DNA of 63,608 nucleotides, the filler included, from Diploschistes diacapsis (Eukaryota): the NCBI GenBank assembly GCA_023645945.1. It is 11 parts of 11 records of this genome, joined end to end, with 100 filler letters (N's around TTAATTAATTAA, not from the genome) between each part and the next. Parts side by side here need not be neighbours in the genome. Positions count along the whole stretch, not along the records: positions 5,835 to 11,568 come from JALAIB010001492.1; positions 11,669 to 17,378 come from JALAIB010001493.1; positions 17,479 to 23,186 come from JALAIB010001494.1; 8 more parts are not named here. One strand, written 5' to 3'. Shown here piece after piece: positions 11,009 through 23,286 of this stretch (positions within the stretch are counted from its first letter, which is position 1; each line of letters begins with the position of its first letter). Made by a program: the position numbers and the translations under genes. The notes beneath the pieces are model-generated. The model was given only the letters and a program-made list of their open reading frames with translations. It did not search any database and was not told the origin of the DNA.

Positions 11009-12132
11009 TATATCTATAACTGTAGATACTCGTTTCAATCAGAAGTCATTTCCTACTGACAAAACAATAAACTTTAATTAAAAAATAATAAAATAATAAA
11101 ATAATAATTAAAGGCGGCATGATGGGATGGTGAAGATGATTACTCAGACCTTCTTATCGAAAGGTTATGGGTTATGGGTTCGATTGTCACCTCTCGAGTA
11201 TTATTTTATTCCAGGTTTTATGACCTGGTCTAATCCCAAGCGGCTAAATCCCCGAAAGCTACGGTCGCAAAATAAATATGCTTACATGAGAAAAAGTTTG
11301 TGGTAACTTTATAGCTTTGAACCAGTGGAGTTTTACGGCAAACAAGTTTGTTCCTAAGCGAAGCGCAGGACTATATTATACAAAGTCAAGGGGCAATTCA
11401 GTTTCAGCTGACAATGGGATTCATTCACTATGCATGAAGCTTGACCATGTCCGCCTCGAAAACACATAACCTTCCCAATGGCCGCGGAATTTCTCGCGTT
11501 TCACGGCATCGACCTCCAAGCAGAAATGGACGCCGCCTCCCTTCCGCCCCAGACCCCCGCACCTACAGNNNNNNNNNNNNNNNNNNNNNNNNNNNNNNNN
11601 NNNNNNNNNNNNTTAATTAATTAANNNNNNNNNNNNNNNNNNNNNNNNNNNNNNNNNNNNNNNNNNNNGGGGGATTTTGGGGGGGGGGTTGTGTGTGTTT
11701 CTTGATTCTGGCTAGAGAGGTTAGAGCAAATAAATCAATATTAAATTATTGATTGGCTCTTTTATTACTCTTAGCGAGAAGTTGTAATTGGGGCTTGACT
11801 ATTCAATCACCAACGTTAGTACCAACTAAGATGATTTAAATACATTACAGAGTAAATTACACATTCCTGAAGCATGCAAGTTGCAACAGAGTAGCTGAGT
11901 TACTGAGTTACCCCGTAGCGTAGTGCTAGCGTGGCGCTAGCGTAACATATGGTAATGAAACAACGCACCCAATCAATTAGCTTATCCTCATTCTCTTCTC
12001 TTAACAAGTCTAAGAAATCAGAAATCAACATGGGCCGTGGATCCACCAAGCGAATCCTCTTGTTTCGGAGCATCGTTTGCACCATCCCGTGTCCACTGGG
12101 ACCAATCTTCACTGTAATTGTAATTTGCTGCT

Positions 12133-12161
12133 TATTATTGTTGTTGTTGTTGTTGTTGTTG
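12133..12161 (+). repeat. (TTG)n microsatellite
   Basis: ttattattgttgttgttgttgttgttgtt. Confidence 0.85.
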
Positions 12162-15100
12162 TCGCATTCATTTGCATATAATCCTCATCTTGCCACTGGC
12201 CACAACTCTCTTCTTTATTCCGTACAAGCCTTTGTTTGGCCGAGAACGGAACCATCAACTCTTTCCCGTGCCTGCAAATTTTATCGCACTCTCCATGTGA
12301 CCAGTTGCCTGCACTGCGAGGACCAAACAAAGTTAATCTTCTCTGCTGATTTTCAGTGCAGACTACTACTGCCTTGTAACCTTGTAAGGTATCCGTCAAC
12401 GGGGTGGGAAGTGGAGCTTGCGCAGAGCGGTCAAGCTCGTGCTTGGTCTGTGGCGTGGCTTTTGGTTTTTGACTTTTGGTTTTTCGCTTTTGGGTTTTCG
12501 CTTTTCGCTTTTCGCTTTCGCCTGCCTGGGTCACCCTTGATGCTTGATGGGCCGAGGATATCCATGCCGGCCTGCACATGTCCGTTTCAACGGTTCTGCT
12601 TCCCCAAGATGTTGAAGCCTAAAATTTCCCTTTGGGATACCGTGGGGTGGCGGCCAGTACAGTACTACAGATCGTCATGCCAGCAGCGTGAACCTCCGTC
12701 GTCCCATAGTCCACGGTCTACAAGAATAATAACCTGTCAAGCTACAAAGTACTTTCCATTTGTTATACAGCACACCGGCAAGCAGCGAAGAGGTCATTGA
12801 GAGATCTCGGTGGCCATAGTTGGCGTCCACGCTGTTGAGCCTTTCTCCGCCACCTCCTCAGAGGCCTCCGCCATCTTCCCAAGCAAAACAGCTCGCTACG
12901 GCAGCATGCTATCACGCACGCACACCGATACCAAGCCGATCTTTTCTTGGCTTCACGATCGTGATGACGGTTGTCGAAGGCATCAACCTCTTCCTGTTTT
13001 TGGCTTCAACAGTACCCCACAGTGGGCGTGGAAATGCTCTCTAATCCTGCGCCGTCATGCTGCTGCATTACTCTCTACCACATCTCCGTCCAAAACTATT
13101 TCTGTGGCGAGAGAGGTGATGAGGGGATGCTTTAGAAGACCTTCCTTACTTGGACTGGTCACGCAAGGTTTTTATTTTTCCCAAACGGGTTGCTGCATCT
13201 CCTTTGAACTTTGCGAGGACCACTAAGAAGGGTGTTCTGCTTCTTTCCAGGTTACATTTATTTAGGCTACTATATTTCCTCTCGAACTACACATTCTATG
13301 TATACCAAGCAGGCCAAGGTAAGACCACCAGCACCACTACCAGTACCCATGTGGGTGAACGAACAGCTGCCCCGCCACCAGCTTACAGACGCCGAGAAGC
13401 TCACCGGATCGAGCAACGAGTCAGCCACGGCTGCCACCCTGTCTGCCATAGCACCATGCACCAGCTTTAATACTATTGCGGGCTTTCCTTTCGCGAAAAA
13501 CCGGGGTTAACAAATCAGAACTTCCGCTCTGTTAAGGTCGAATTTCGCGCCAATATTCAGTTATGATTCCGCTATTGGCTGGATCGTCTGAACTACTCGA
13601 TGCACTATACTTTGTGACCCCATACACTAGTTCGGTACAAACTATGGCGGTGGGCCCTTTGATCACAGTAAACACGTTGTACGTTGAACGCTTGGTGATC
13701 AGTGATGGCATCTGCTAGTGTCATTATACTTCACCACGTTACCGAGGGTTTATTACATGATCTTCCTGCTTGGCCTATGAAGGTAGGGATGGACAGTGTG
13801 ACTTTCATGGTTGCCAGGTTGGCTTCACTGTGGATGCCCCGTTGCGCGACATCAAAAATATCAATTTACTACCATAGGAGAATTAACTCTAGTATACGGC
13901 CTGCTATAGAAAACTGAGCTGTCTCACCCTTGACAACAGCCTTTCACTCATGAAACCCGCTTGGTCAAATTATCGGCGCGTGGAGAACTGGTATCTAAGA
14001 ACCGACCAAGAGGACCTCCAGGAGCTACTGGGGCGGGTCCAAGAGCTCGGAAGACACGGCTGCTAAAACCGGACCGGCTCTCGAGAGCACTGAAGGGGTA
14101 TCCGCGATATGCTGCTTCGGGACCTATGGACATTCCACGGCACTCAAAGACAAAGGTGAATTTCTCGCCGTCAAGAGCTCCAGAGCCGAACTGAGTCGAA
14201 TGTGACATGTTATATCCGGAAGCAGCAGCGGACCTAGTCCGGCTCTATCTCCTGGGTCGTTTACTTTTGAATTCGATGCCTGCCCTCGAAAGCCTTTCCG
14301 AGACTATGCGCTGTTGTAATGTGAGACTGCGTCGATATGCTATCGATTCTGAATGGGAATAGTTATCATCAGAGAGGCAGGTATAGGGCTATAAATGTCT
14401 GGAGGATCGACAGACTTGTCTTTGTTGTAAGCCCACACTGATGTTTACAAAGGTTATTGTTTGTCGAACCTTTTGATCCTGCTCTTATTGTCCATGGTTG
14501 CCTCCGTCAATTGTGTCCTTTTTCTTTGGCCCATGTGAAAGGCCTTCTGTTATCGGCCCTTGCCAATTATGTCTTTGCGGCATAGGCATCCACATTTCAA
14601 TATGTGGTGCTAAAGTGCCTTGTTTCAATCTTGATTGTCGGAGAGCTGCTATCTCGAAGGTCAATGCATGCGGTCGATAAGCCAAAGCCATGAAGCGGTC
14701 AAATACGCCTGGTTCAGTCGCAGCATAAGTACTCGAGGTTTTCGCAGAGCAGTCATGAAAGCTGGTACCAGATTCTGTTAGTTCATGCATAACTGTAAGG
14801 TGGTCTTCATTCAGGTCAGTGTTCTCAGATAGCCCTGCATTCACGTCTTTGAAATTCCCATAGTGTATGCGCCCTTGATTTGCCGTAGAGCACAGGCATA
14901 AGTTGTAAGACTTGATGGGAACTCAAGGTGCCATTCATCAGGATACAACAAAGTCCCTACTCGTCTATTGTCCTGCTTGTGGCATTATGCACAAACTATA
15001 CTATTCATCACTTCGCCGCACCAGATCCCACTCACACAATGCATTCTCCAGCAAGTCCTTTGTCTGCATACAAGTGGTATTGTCGCCTTTGCTTGGTTCA

Positions 15101-15699
15101 GGCGAAGGAGTGAATAATAATACTTCTGACACACGAAAGAATACACAAAGGCAGACCCCCCTCCCTACACATGTAAGAGCGATGAGGCATAACTACTCCA
15201 GCAGCGCCATCCCCAATCTCGCACTCCAGCATCAGCAAGTCCCAAGCCATCACTACTGAAGCTTGGGGGACTCTCGAAGGTTTCTAGACTCCGTTCTCTT
15301 TTCGCCGTCCAGAATCGAATTTGCTCCAAGTTCTCCGGACCCCCAAAAAGAGCCGACCAAGGAAGGCAGAATCAGACTACATCCGAATCGAGTCGCAGAC
15401 CAGATACGAATCGAGAAACATATAGAGCTCGAGGGAAGGCACGACCTGTTTACCATAATTGCTGCAATCATACTGGGTCTGGCTTCAAAGTTCAAGTACT
15501 CGCAATCGTTACCCTTTCGACATCAATATCCCCAACATCATCCATCGGCACCGTGAGAAGTTGACTTCACCCGCCAAAGTTTTCACCGCTTTCTTGGTCA
15601 CGGTTGTCCTGGCATGCTTAGCTTTGTATAGCTGGTGCCAAAGTATTGCATCTGGTGGTTGACATTCTCGCCACTCTTCTGTCCCTCTAGGTTATTTGT

Positions 15700-16749
15700 T
15701 TGCGACCGCCCAGCCTCCTCGTCGTCGACTACGTCGCCAAGCGCCTCTGTCCTTTTCTTCGGATCGTTGCTGCTGCAGCTCTAGTTCTCTCGGGATCGCT
15801 TGGTACTTGGAGCGCAAGCTCGCTTGTGCATGCTGTGGTTCCAGCGTCCTTGATTCCCTGTTGGAATCCGTCAAACTTCACTTTGGACCCCGAGCATTCC
15901 TGCTCTCTGCGCAATTGGCTCATGGCTCGCTTCGGCGCTAATCCAGAGGAGCACGTCTCCAACGCTGGGGGAAATGTTGACCAAGGCATGGAGCCCCTGC
16001 CACCCTACACTCCCTCGGCTGATAGCTCAAACCCAAACCCTCCCGCCTACGAAGCCAGCTCTGGAGACGACGGCTCAGAGAACCGGGTCGCTGCCGAAGT
16101 CGAACCCCTAGATAACAACAACCCAGGCCACCACGATAGCGGAGTCGAAAATGTGAACGGTGACTCCCAAGAGTGCCATGACGAGGTTGTCAACGAGGAC
16201 GGCGACGCCTACAACTCCAACCATGAAGCCAATATCTCTTATGACAAGGACGGAGAGGCCCACTACTACGACGAGGACGAGGGCGAGGACGAAGAGTACG
16301 ATTGCCGGCTCGAGTACCCGAACGGCCATCCCTGCTGGGCCGAAATCCCCGACGGCTGCCCCTGGAGCTGCGACGCCGACGGCAAGCTCCACGTCGACGT
16401 CACGCCAACCCCGGACAACCCGGATCCCGCCGCCCTCAAGGCCGTGCCCATCGACGTGTCGCTCCCTGCCTTCGTGGCCGGAGAGCCCGTGACCCTGCGC
16501 CGCCTCTCCCTTACCTGGTGCTTGGTGGACGGCGAGGTGCAGCCGTTCCGGCACCTCGCCTCCACGGACTGGTTCAGCGTCGGCGACCGCTGGCTGACGG
16601 TGACGTTCCCGCCGAAGGATGTGGCGGAGCAGGACGCGGGTGCGAAGTATCGGGAGGGACCAGAGCCCGAGGATGGGGGACGACGGGGAGGACAACGAGG
16701 CAGAGGCCGGTGCGAAGGCTTGATGGGAAGGGCCGAGGCCAGGGCTTGA
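15700..16749 (+). CDS. Hypothetical protein; start uncertain, possibly part of a disrupted gene
   Basis: 349-codon ORF with a GC-rich 3' half, PY-like motifs (LPPY, PPAY) and an acidic tract; no family recognised. In-frame ATGs at 15922 and 15988. Confidence 0.4.
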   Translation: MRPPSLLVVDYVAKRLCPFLRIVAAAALVLSGSLGTWSASSLVHAVVPASLIPCWNPSNFTLDPEHSCSLRNWLMARFGANPEEHVSNAGGNVDQGMEPLPPYTPSADSSNPNPPAYEASSGDDGSENRVAAEVEPLDNNNPGHHDSGVENVNGDSQECHDEVVNEDGDAYNSNHEANISYDKDGEAHYYDEDEGEDEEYDCRLEYPNGHPCWAEIPDGCPWSCDADGKLHVDVTPTPDNPDPAALKAVPIDVSLPAFVAGEPVTLRRLSLTWCLVDGEVQPFRHLASTDWFSVGDRWLTVTFPPKDVAEQDAGAKYREGPEPEDGGRRGGQRGRGRCEGLMGRAEARA

Positions 16750-17029
16750 TGCCGATGTTGGTGCCGGCGCTCAGGCTGCTGGGAAAAGAGCGAGAGGGCG
16801 AGGACGGGGGCTAATTTCTGAACCCCCTTGTGGTGTTTGACCAGAAGGCTAAGGCTGGTTTGGGGGGCTTGTGGGATAGGTGTGGCGACACAGACTGACC
16901 AAGATTCTTTGAGATTGGGGTGGGAATCGGTGAATGAGTGCCTAAGAAAACACGCTCCGTATAGATAAAAGTGACGCGCTTTGCAATGGGATTTGTTCGC
17001 TCAGGATATGCTCTGCTCTGCTGCTCTTT

Positions 17030-17051
17030 GGTGTGTGTGTGTGTGTGTGTG
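17030..17051 (+). repeat. (GT)n microsatellite
   Basis: gtgtgtgtgtgtgtgtgtgtg. Confidence 0.9.
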
Positions 17052-18083
17052 ACGAAATTGCTGTTGCCTGGTGATGGGCGGGCCAAGTGCAGAGGACGAT
17101 GGTTATGATGCCGGCTGGCTGGCTGGCTCGTTCTTGGTGTAATAGGTCGACGACGGCAGGACGCGAGGTGAGGATCTAATGGGCTGCAGGACTTACAGTT
17201 TCGCCTGGGTTTGTTCGCTAGCACAACATGTGTGTGTCTCCAGATGGTATTGGAAATAGCACATTGTTTAAGATATCGGAACTTGGCTACTCGATTGATT
17301 CATTCTTTCCCCGTTGGTTAGACCCTTTCCCATCTTTCACCCCCTCCCCAGATCCACGTCCAAAACCCTCCACATCCCNNNNNNNNNNNNNNNNNNNNNN
17401 NNNNNNNNNNNNNNNNNNNNNNTTAATTAATTAANNNNNNNNNNNNNNNNNNNNNNNNNNNNNNNNNNNNNNNNNNNNAATTAGATGAATTTATAGGATT
17501 AAATATAACTATTATTCGATTTATAGGGCCTTAAATTGATTATTTTTGGAGATATTTCATTTTAAATATTTATTATTGTAGTTTTGTTATTGTATCACGT
17601 GCACGGGTACTAGGGTCTGTGTGGTTTCGCTATATATATCAGTTTAGTTCAATACTGGCAGAATCCAGTATTGTTGGTCTTTTGACTATGTGGCCTAGCG
17701 GTACTAAACTGGCGCTTTGTAATATCACATCTGCTCGGGTACTAGGGTCACGACTCTATATAGCGCATTCAAGGCTCCTGCTGTTCAGAAACCCTTCGCT
17801 GATCCTGTCTCCCAAAAGAAGCACTACAAGAATGCTTCGCACGCTCAAGGCTGATGCTCCGCAGAAACTTGTACTGCTGACTCAACCCACCAACACCCAC
17901 CACCACATCAGCTGCCAATAATGGCTGGACACGTCTTGAGGTGCAGAAGAGCATATCGTTTCCCCACCAAGGCTGGAGCACGCCACAATCGCTGCACTCG
18001 GGGCGTCGAAGGCTTTTTGGCACGATATCTACCAATTTCTCTTTTCCATTCTCTCTAAGTAACATGACAGTTGACTAGCAGCA

Positions 18084-21000
18084 ATGCCCAAACTGCTCGA
18101 CAAGCTGTTCGCGCGGCCCTCGAAGGCCAAATTTAAGCGTCACCGGCCCAGCTCTGCAAAGGAAGACACAGAAGGCAAGCTTGGCAAGGTCAACGCCAGC
18201 GCCGATGCAATCCAAAGCTCAAATCCTTCTGCACCAGACCTGGCCAGCCAAACCGCGTTCGATACTGTCGATAAACCTTCAGATGGCCATGAAAGAGTCA
18301 TTCTGGAGCCCTTCAAGCCCGCAGGGGTGGAGCCTGACTCCGACCTTGCCATTGCCCATGAGTCGTTGCATGTGGCAATGGAGAAGCTGGAGGCCGTATT
18401 ACAGAAAACCAGGCCTTCTGATCGCTACGGCCAAAAGGTACAGGAGGCAATGACGAACGGCCGAGCCTTGGACCCTTCGGTCTTCACAGATCTAGCCAAA
18501 GTCTTACAATCTTCGCACGACGAATCAAAGAAATCGATTCCGTCAAAAGTTGGAGGCTTTATGATGGCCTTGTACCCTGTTTCGAAGCTTGTGCTCGGCT
18601 TAACTGGCAATGCAGGGGGTATTACTGGCTGGCTTCCCCTACAAATCACGGCGAATGGCTTAGCTCAGATTCTTGAAATCCTGGTTTCGCCCCACAGGAA
18701 TACAGAGGCGGTGCTTGGTGGTCTCAGTTCCCTGATGCAAGATCAGCGCTTGTTAGATCGTCTAAGCTGCCTTGCTAAGGTTGATCATGTGGACGAGAGC
18801 ATACTAGTTCGCGCAGTTTATCTACAAACAGCTCTGACGGATTTTCTCCGCGAGAGTGTCTTATGGTTGGGAAGGCCCTACATCTCAAAGGCCAGTTCTG
18901 CCGCTATCGGACGGGAGCCCCAGCAAGATGCCAAGTCCGCTCTTCAAAAGGCACAAGAGGCGTTGCGAGTGTCTATATCGGATGATCTATACCTGACAGT
19001 AAAATGGCGAGACCTTGAAAGTCACAATCGACAAGCCCTGGACAAGGTGTGTGCGTATGAATATCATATGACCCATTTGCTGAAACAAAAGCAATGTCAC
19101 GAACAGCGGCTGCGTAACACAGGGACAGGCATCATGAACCATGCAGCATACCAGCGTTGGTGTAGTGGTGAGCTGTCTACGCTGTGGTGCCCAGGCTTGG
19201 CTGGGGCTGGTAAAACTTTTGCTGCCTCAGCTGTTGTTGAAGACTTGGAGCTGCGGTTCTCTGGATGCAATGTTGGTCTTGCTTTCTTCTACTGTCAATT
19301 CGATATGCGACAACAACAGAACCCGGCTAGCGTCATTAGTGCCATCACTCGGCAACTGATGGCTCGGAACGTGGACCTTTGCAGCAAAATACCAGATACT
19401 GATCAACTTCTAGACTTTGCGGAGCACAAGAAGCTGCTCATGTCAGCAATTAAGTCATTCGGAGTAGTGTTTGTTGTAGTTGACGCCATGGACGAGTTTT
19501 CTTCGGACCACGATCAACGGATCAGGCTTGCGGAACTGCTCGTGAACCTCCGGGTCGAAGCTACTTCAAGTCGCCTTCGGATTTGTGTCACTTCTAGAGA
19601 GGCAAATGATATTTTCGAGGCCCTCTCTCCGGCTAGCAAAGTACCGGTGCGCGCTAGTGAAGAAGAGATAACACAATACATTAGAACGAAACTGTCGGAA
19701 TCTGCCCACGCAAGACGAATGATGGAGCAAGATCCCGAGCTTCTCGAAGACATCAATCGCATGGTTGTGAACAAGTCCGATAAAATGTTAGTCTATCATA
19801 TCGTTTCGAGTCTTTGCTAATGTTTTTAGCTTTAAACTTGCAAGCCTTCAACTCGATCATGTCATCAAAGCAAGTTCTCCGCAGGACGCTAGAGATACTT
19901 TGGCGCATCTGAAGACTGACATCAACTCATACTATAAGATTGCAATCGACAGGATCAATGCAAAGCCAGAAAAGGAGAAGCAACTAATAATCAAACTGCT
20001 GACGTGGGTCTTCTATTTTCGTCGGCGCTTGCTCCTGCCTGAGCTGAGCATCGCACTGGCAATTGGGAAAAAGGTGATGGATTTTGAGCGCCCTGCTCGA
20101 TGGGTCATAAGTGATCTTCATTACTACATAAGTGGGTCTAAAGGCTTATTAATAACCCCGACGGTACTGTACAGGCCAGCACATGTTGTCGTCGAGTCTT
20201 GCATATTCGCTCACGAGACCGTTGAGGCTTTTTTTGGAGATAACAAGGGGCTCTTACTTGCAAACGGAAACTGCGCGATTCTTGAGACCTGCATTGACTT
20301 TCACATGCAAAGTGGGTTGAAGTTCTTGAACATCGGCGGCAGCTGCAACCAGTTTTCAGTGGAAGAGCTGATAAATAGGTGTAGTGATGCTAAAAGCACA
20401 ACTCCCGAATTTTACTCGGACATGTTAGTAACTTTAACGCAGTCGTGGGGCGATTATGCCGAAGCTGCATTATCAGAGGACCCGCAAATCACCATCAAGA
20501 TTGAAAAGTTTCTCAACATGGTAGACGCTGCAGCGAGTCCCCACATTTGGCCTCCATGGAAGGCGATACACTATTGCGCATTTAGCGGCTGGAGTGTACT
20601 CTGTCGCCTTCTAATAAAAGGCGTCGATCCAAATTCTTCTTCAGATTCTATGACGCCTCTATTCGTTGCAATGGAAGGTAAAGGTAACGAGTGTACCATT
20701 AACGTCTTTCTAGACGATCCCAGAACGGACCCAAATCGCAAATGCGGGCATCTCACCCCATTGATATATGCTGTTCAACGCGGCTTGACCTCCGTGATAC
20801 CTTCCTTCCTCGGGCGAAATGACATCGCTGTCAACGACGTGAATGATGAGGGAGAATCTGCTCTAATGATTGCAGTTAAGCTTAGAAATCTAGAAATAGT
20901 CCGCTTGCTGTCAGCACATCCTGAGATTAAAGTAAATAAACGGGCAAGGTCTGGGCAGAGCGTGCTTATGCGGGCTATCAACCCTGAATTTTGGGCCCAA

Positions 21001-21636
21001 GGAAATGAAGAATGCATCCAATCTCTTTTAAGTGTCAAAGACCTTGACGTTAATGCTCAAGACGAGAACGGTCTTACGGCTTTGCATGTCGCCATGATTG
21101 GAGGCAAACAGTTAGCTTTGGATTTGTGCGAAATTAACAAGCAAGAGAGAAACCCCTACCACGTCCGTCATGCGTTTGAAAACGCACGTGATCGGCAGCT
21201 CAGACAACATGTTGCTGCGAAGTCATTAATATCCTGTGGGTCTATTAAGATAAATGTGGCAGACAATGCAGGCCGAACGCCGCTCGACTACGCGGTTGCG
21301 GCTCACAAATTCTCGAATGAGCTGCGTTTGCTGATAGAAGCGGCTGCCCTTGAGTTCGCAGGACAGGATATATCTCGAAAAGACTACAAAGAGGGGCATG
21401 GGTCTATTCGTCGCACCTTGGAGGAGCAAGCTGCTCTCTCCTACAAGACCCCTGTACAGTGGTACATGACACTGAATGGGAGATTCGCTTCCTACCATCG
21501 GGTTGCTTACTACATGACGTTGACATTAGATGAAAGCATACCAATTATAGAGGAAGCAGGAGGAAGAACGGGTTCACCTTTTGAGTTGGAGATTAGATCT
21601 GATTTGGTGAGCTTGATGTTAATTATGAGACGGTAA
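18084..21636 (+). CDS. Fungal NLR-like protein: helical N-terminal domain, NACHT, ankyrin repeats; intron 19787-19829
   Basis: Walker A LWCPGLAGAGKT, Walker B VFVVVDAMDE, CVTSR, winged-helix FAHETV, ankyrin motifs (GESALMIA, GLTALHVA, GRTPLDYA). A 43-nt GT..GCTAAT..TAG intron joins the two ORFs in frame (DKI|FKLASLQLD). Confidence 0.9.
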
Positions 21637-23286
21637 CTTCGAATCTATTGATTTACGCAATTTTTGACCAACCCTGAAGGTTAGTATATATCATAAGGGC
21701 GGTGGAACTGCGTCCTTGGCGACTTGCCGAATGCTCCATATGTCACAAAGGCTTTGAAATGCTATCCCAATCCGGAAACTATGGGCCCAGATATCATCAT
21801 ATTACCGACAAATCGATGGATCGTCTTCCCGTTAATTTGCATTTGGGCTGAGATCCAAGCTTCAGAAGCGTTCTCCCTCGATTGGAGAATCGAAGCTACC
21901 GGCCCTTTCACGAGTGGAGCTCCCCATCACCCTCCAAGAGCAGAAATAGGGTACTCACAGCGTTTGCTTTGGACATCCACACAGAAGATCATTCATGGTA
22001 CCTCTTCTCACAGCGATCTTTCCCCCCGCCCGCCCCTCATCAACAACACAGACTGTCTCCACCAGCTATCAGCCCTTCCTCTACCTCAGCACCCGATCGC
22101 CCTCCCACCTTGATCCCACAGGAAGCAGCAGCACGATACTCCATATCCCACTATAGCCACAATAATCACAACCATGACCATATCTCTTCGGAGCCGGCTT
22201 CAATCTCTAAGACCTCATCACCAAGCCAAAACCACTACAACAACTCAAGAGCCATCTCCATCAACAAGTTATTAGAACCATCCCTGCAAGCACCACAGGT
22301 CGGAGGAAGAGAGTGAAGCCAAGTCGACAGTAGGACGCCCGCACAGGCATCGACGTTTCATTATGGGGTCCTAATAGCACCCCGTCGGTTAGGCTAAATT
22401 GCGTCCGGTCTGTGGTTGGACTTCGCCCTGTTCCCCCGGGAATGAGCTGTTTTGCAATGGTTACGAGAAGGGAGGTGTTTCCCGGCCAAGGTGGATCTGG
22501 ATCGCTTTTGAATCAAATATTGGGGGGGACGCAAGGAGTTTCGGCTTGTTGGTGACGCTAGCTACCGGCGAAGGTTTGAGATTGTGGACGATTTAGCTTG
22601 CACACGAGAAAGTTCGGGAATTTGGTGCCGGAGGTGCTCTCGGCTCAGGGGCTTGAAGGCGGGGAGGGGGGAGGCCTGCGGCCGTTGTACTGCCACGCTA
22701 TCGACAGGCTCAGGAAACTCAACAAGTGGGACTACGAGACAAGATAAAGCCTCTTCCGGGCCCCCCCTGACATCCGCGAGTGCGGGCAGAGACTGACAAG
22801 CGAAGACTTGTTAAGCGGGGATTTATGGATCGACGTTTTGCCGTAGGAAGGATATGGAGCTCGAGTAAAAGGAAGCGATGAGTTTCTACCATGCTATTTA
22901 GATGTCATAGCCTCCCACATATCAACCCGAAACTGGCTTTGTATCCACTCCAACCGTTCCTCTCCGATGCACAGTGGCTATATTATACTATCCGCAGACG
23001 GAAAACCCCCCCTCCAAGCATCGCACACCAAGCGAAGAGACGCACAAAAGATGCCGTCAATGTGTGGCCCTTACTCCAGCAGCAAGCCTCCGCCAAACTG
23101 GCAAGAGATTGGAAAAAAGCCTACCCTCCCTGCTTGCTGCCTTACCTCTGCCATCTCTCATACTGCGCCTTTATTCCCCAATGCCCNNNNNNNNNNNNNN
23201 NNNNNNNNNNNNNNNNNNNNNNNNNNNNNNTTAATTAATTAANNNNNNNNNNNNNNNNNNNNNNNNNNNNNNNNNNNNNNNNNNNN

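Noticed and set aside
11949..12800. 283-aa ORF
   Set aside because: Runs through TTG and TTTTCGC simple repeats and has non-protein-like composition.
21724..23186. Short ORFs downstream of the NLR as a candidate amyloid or HeLo effector partner
   Set aside because: No HeLo, gasdermin or amyloid motif recognised; the frames are short and broken.
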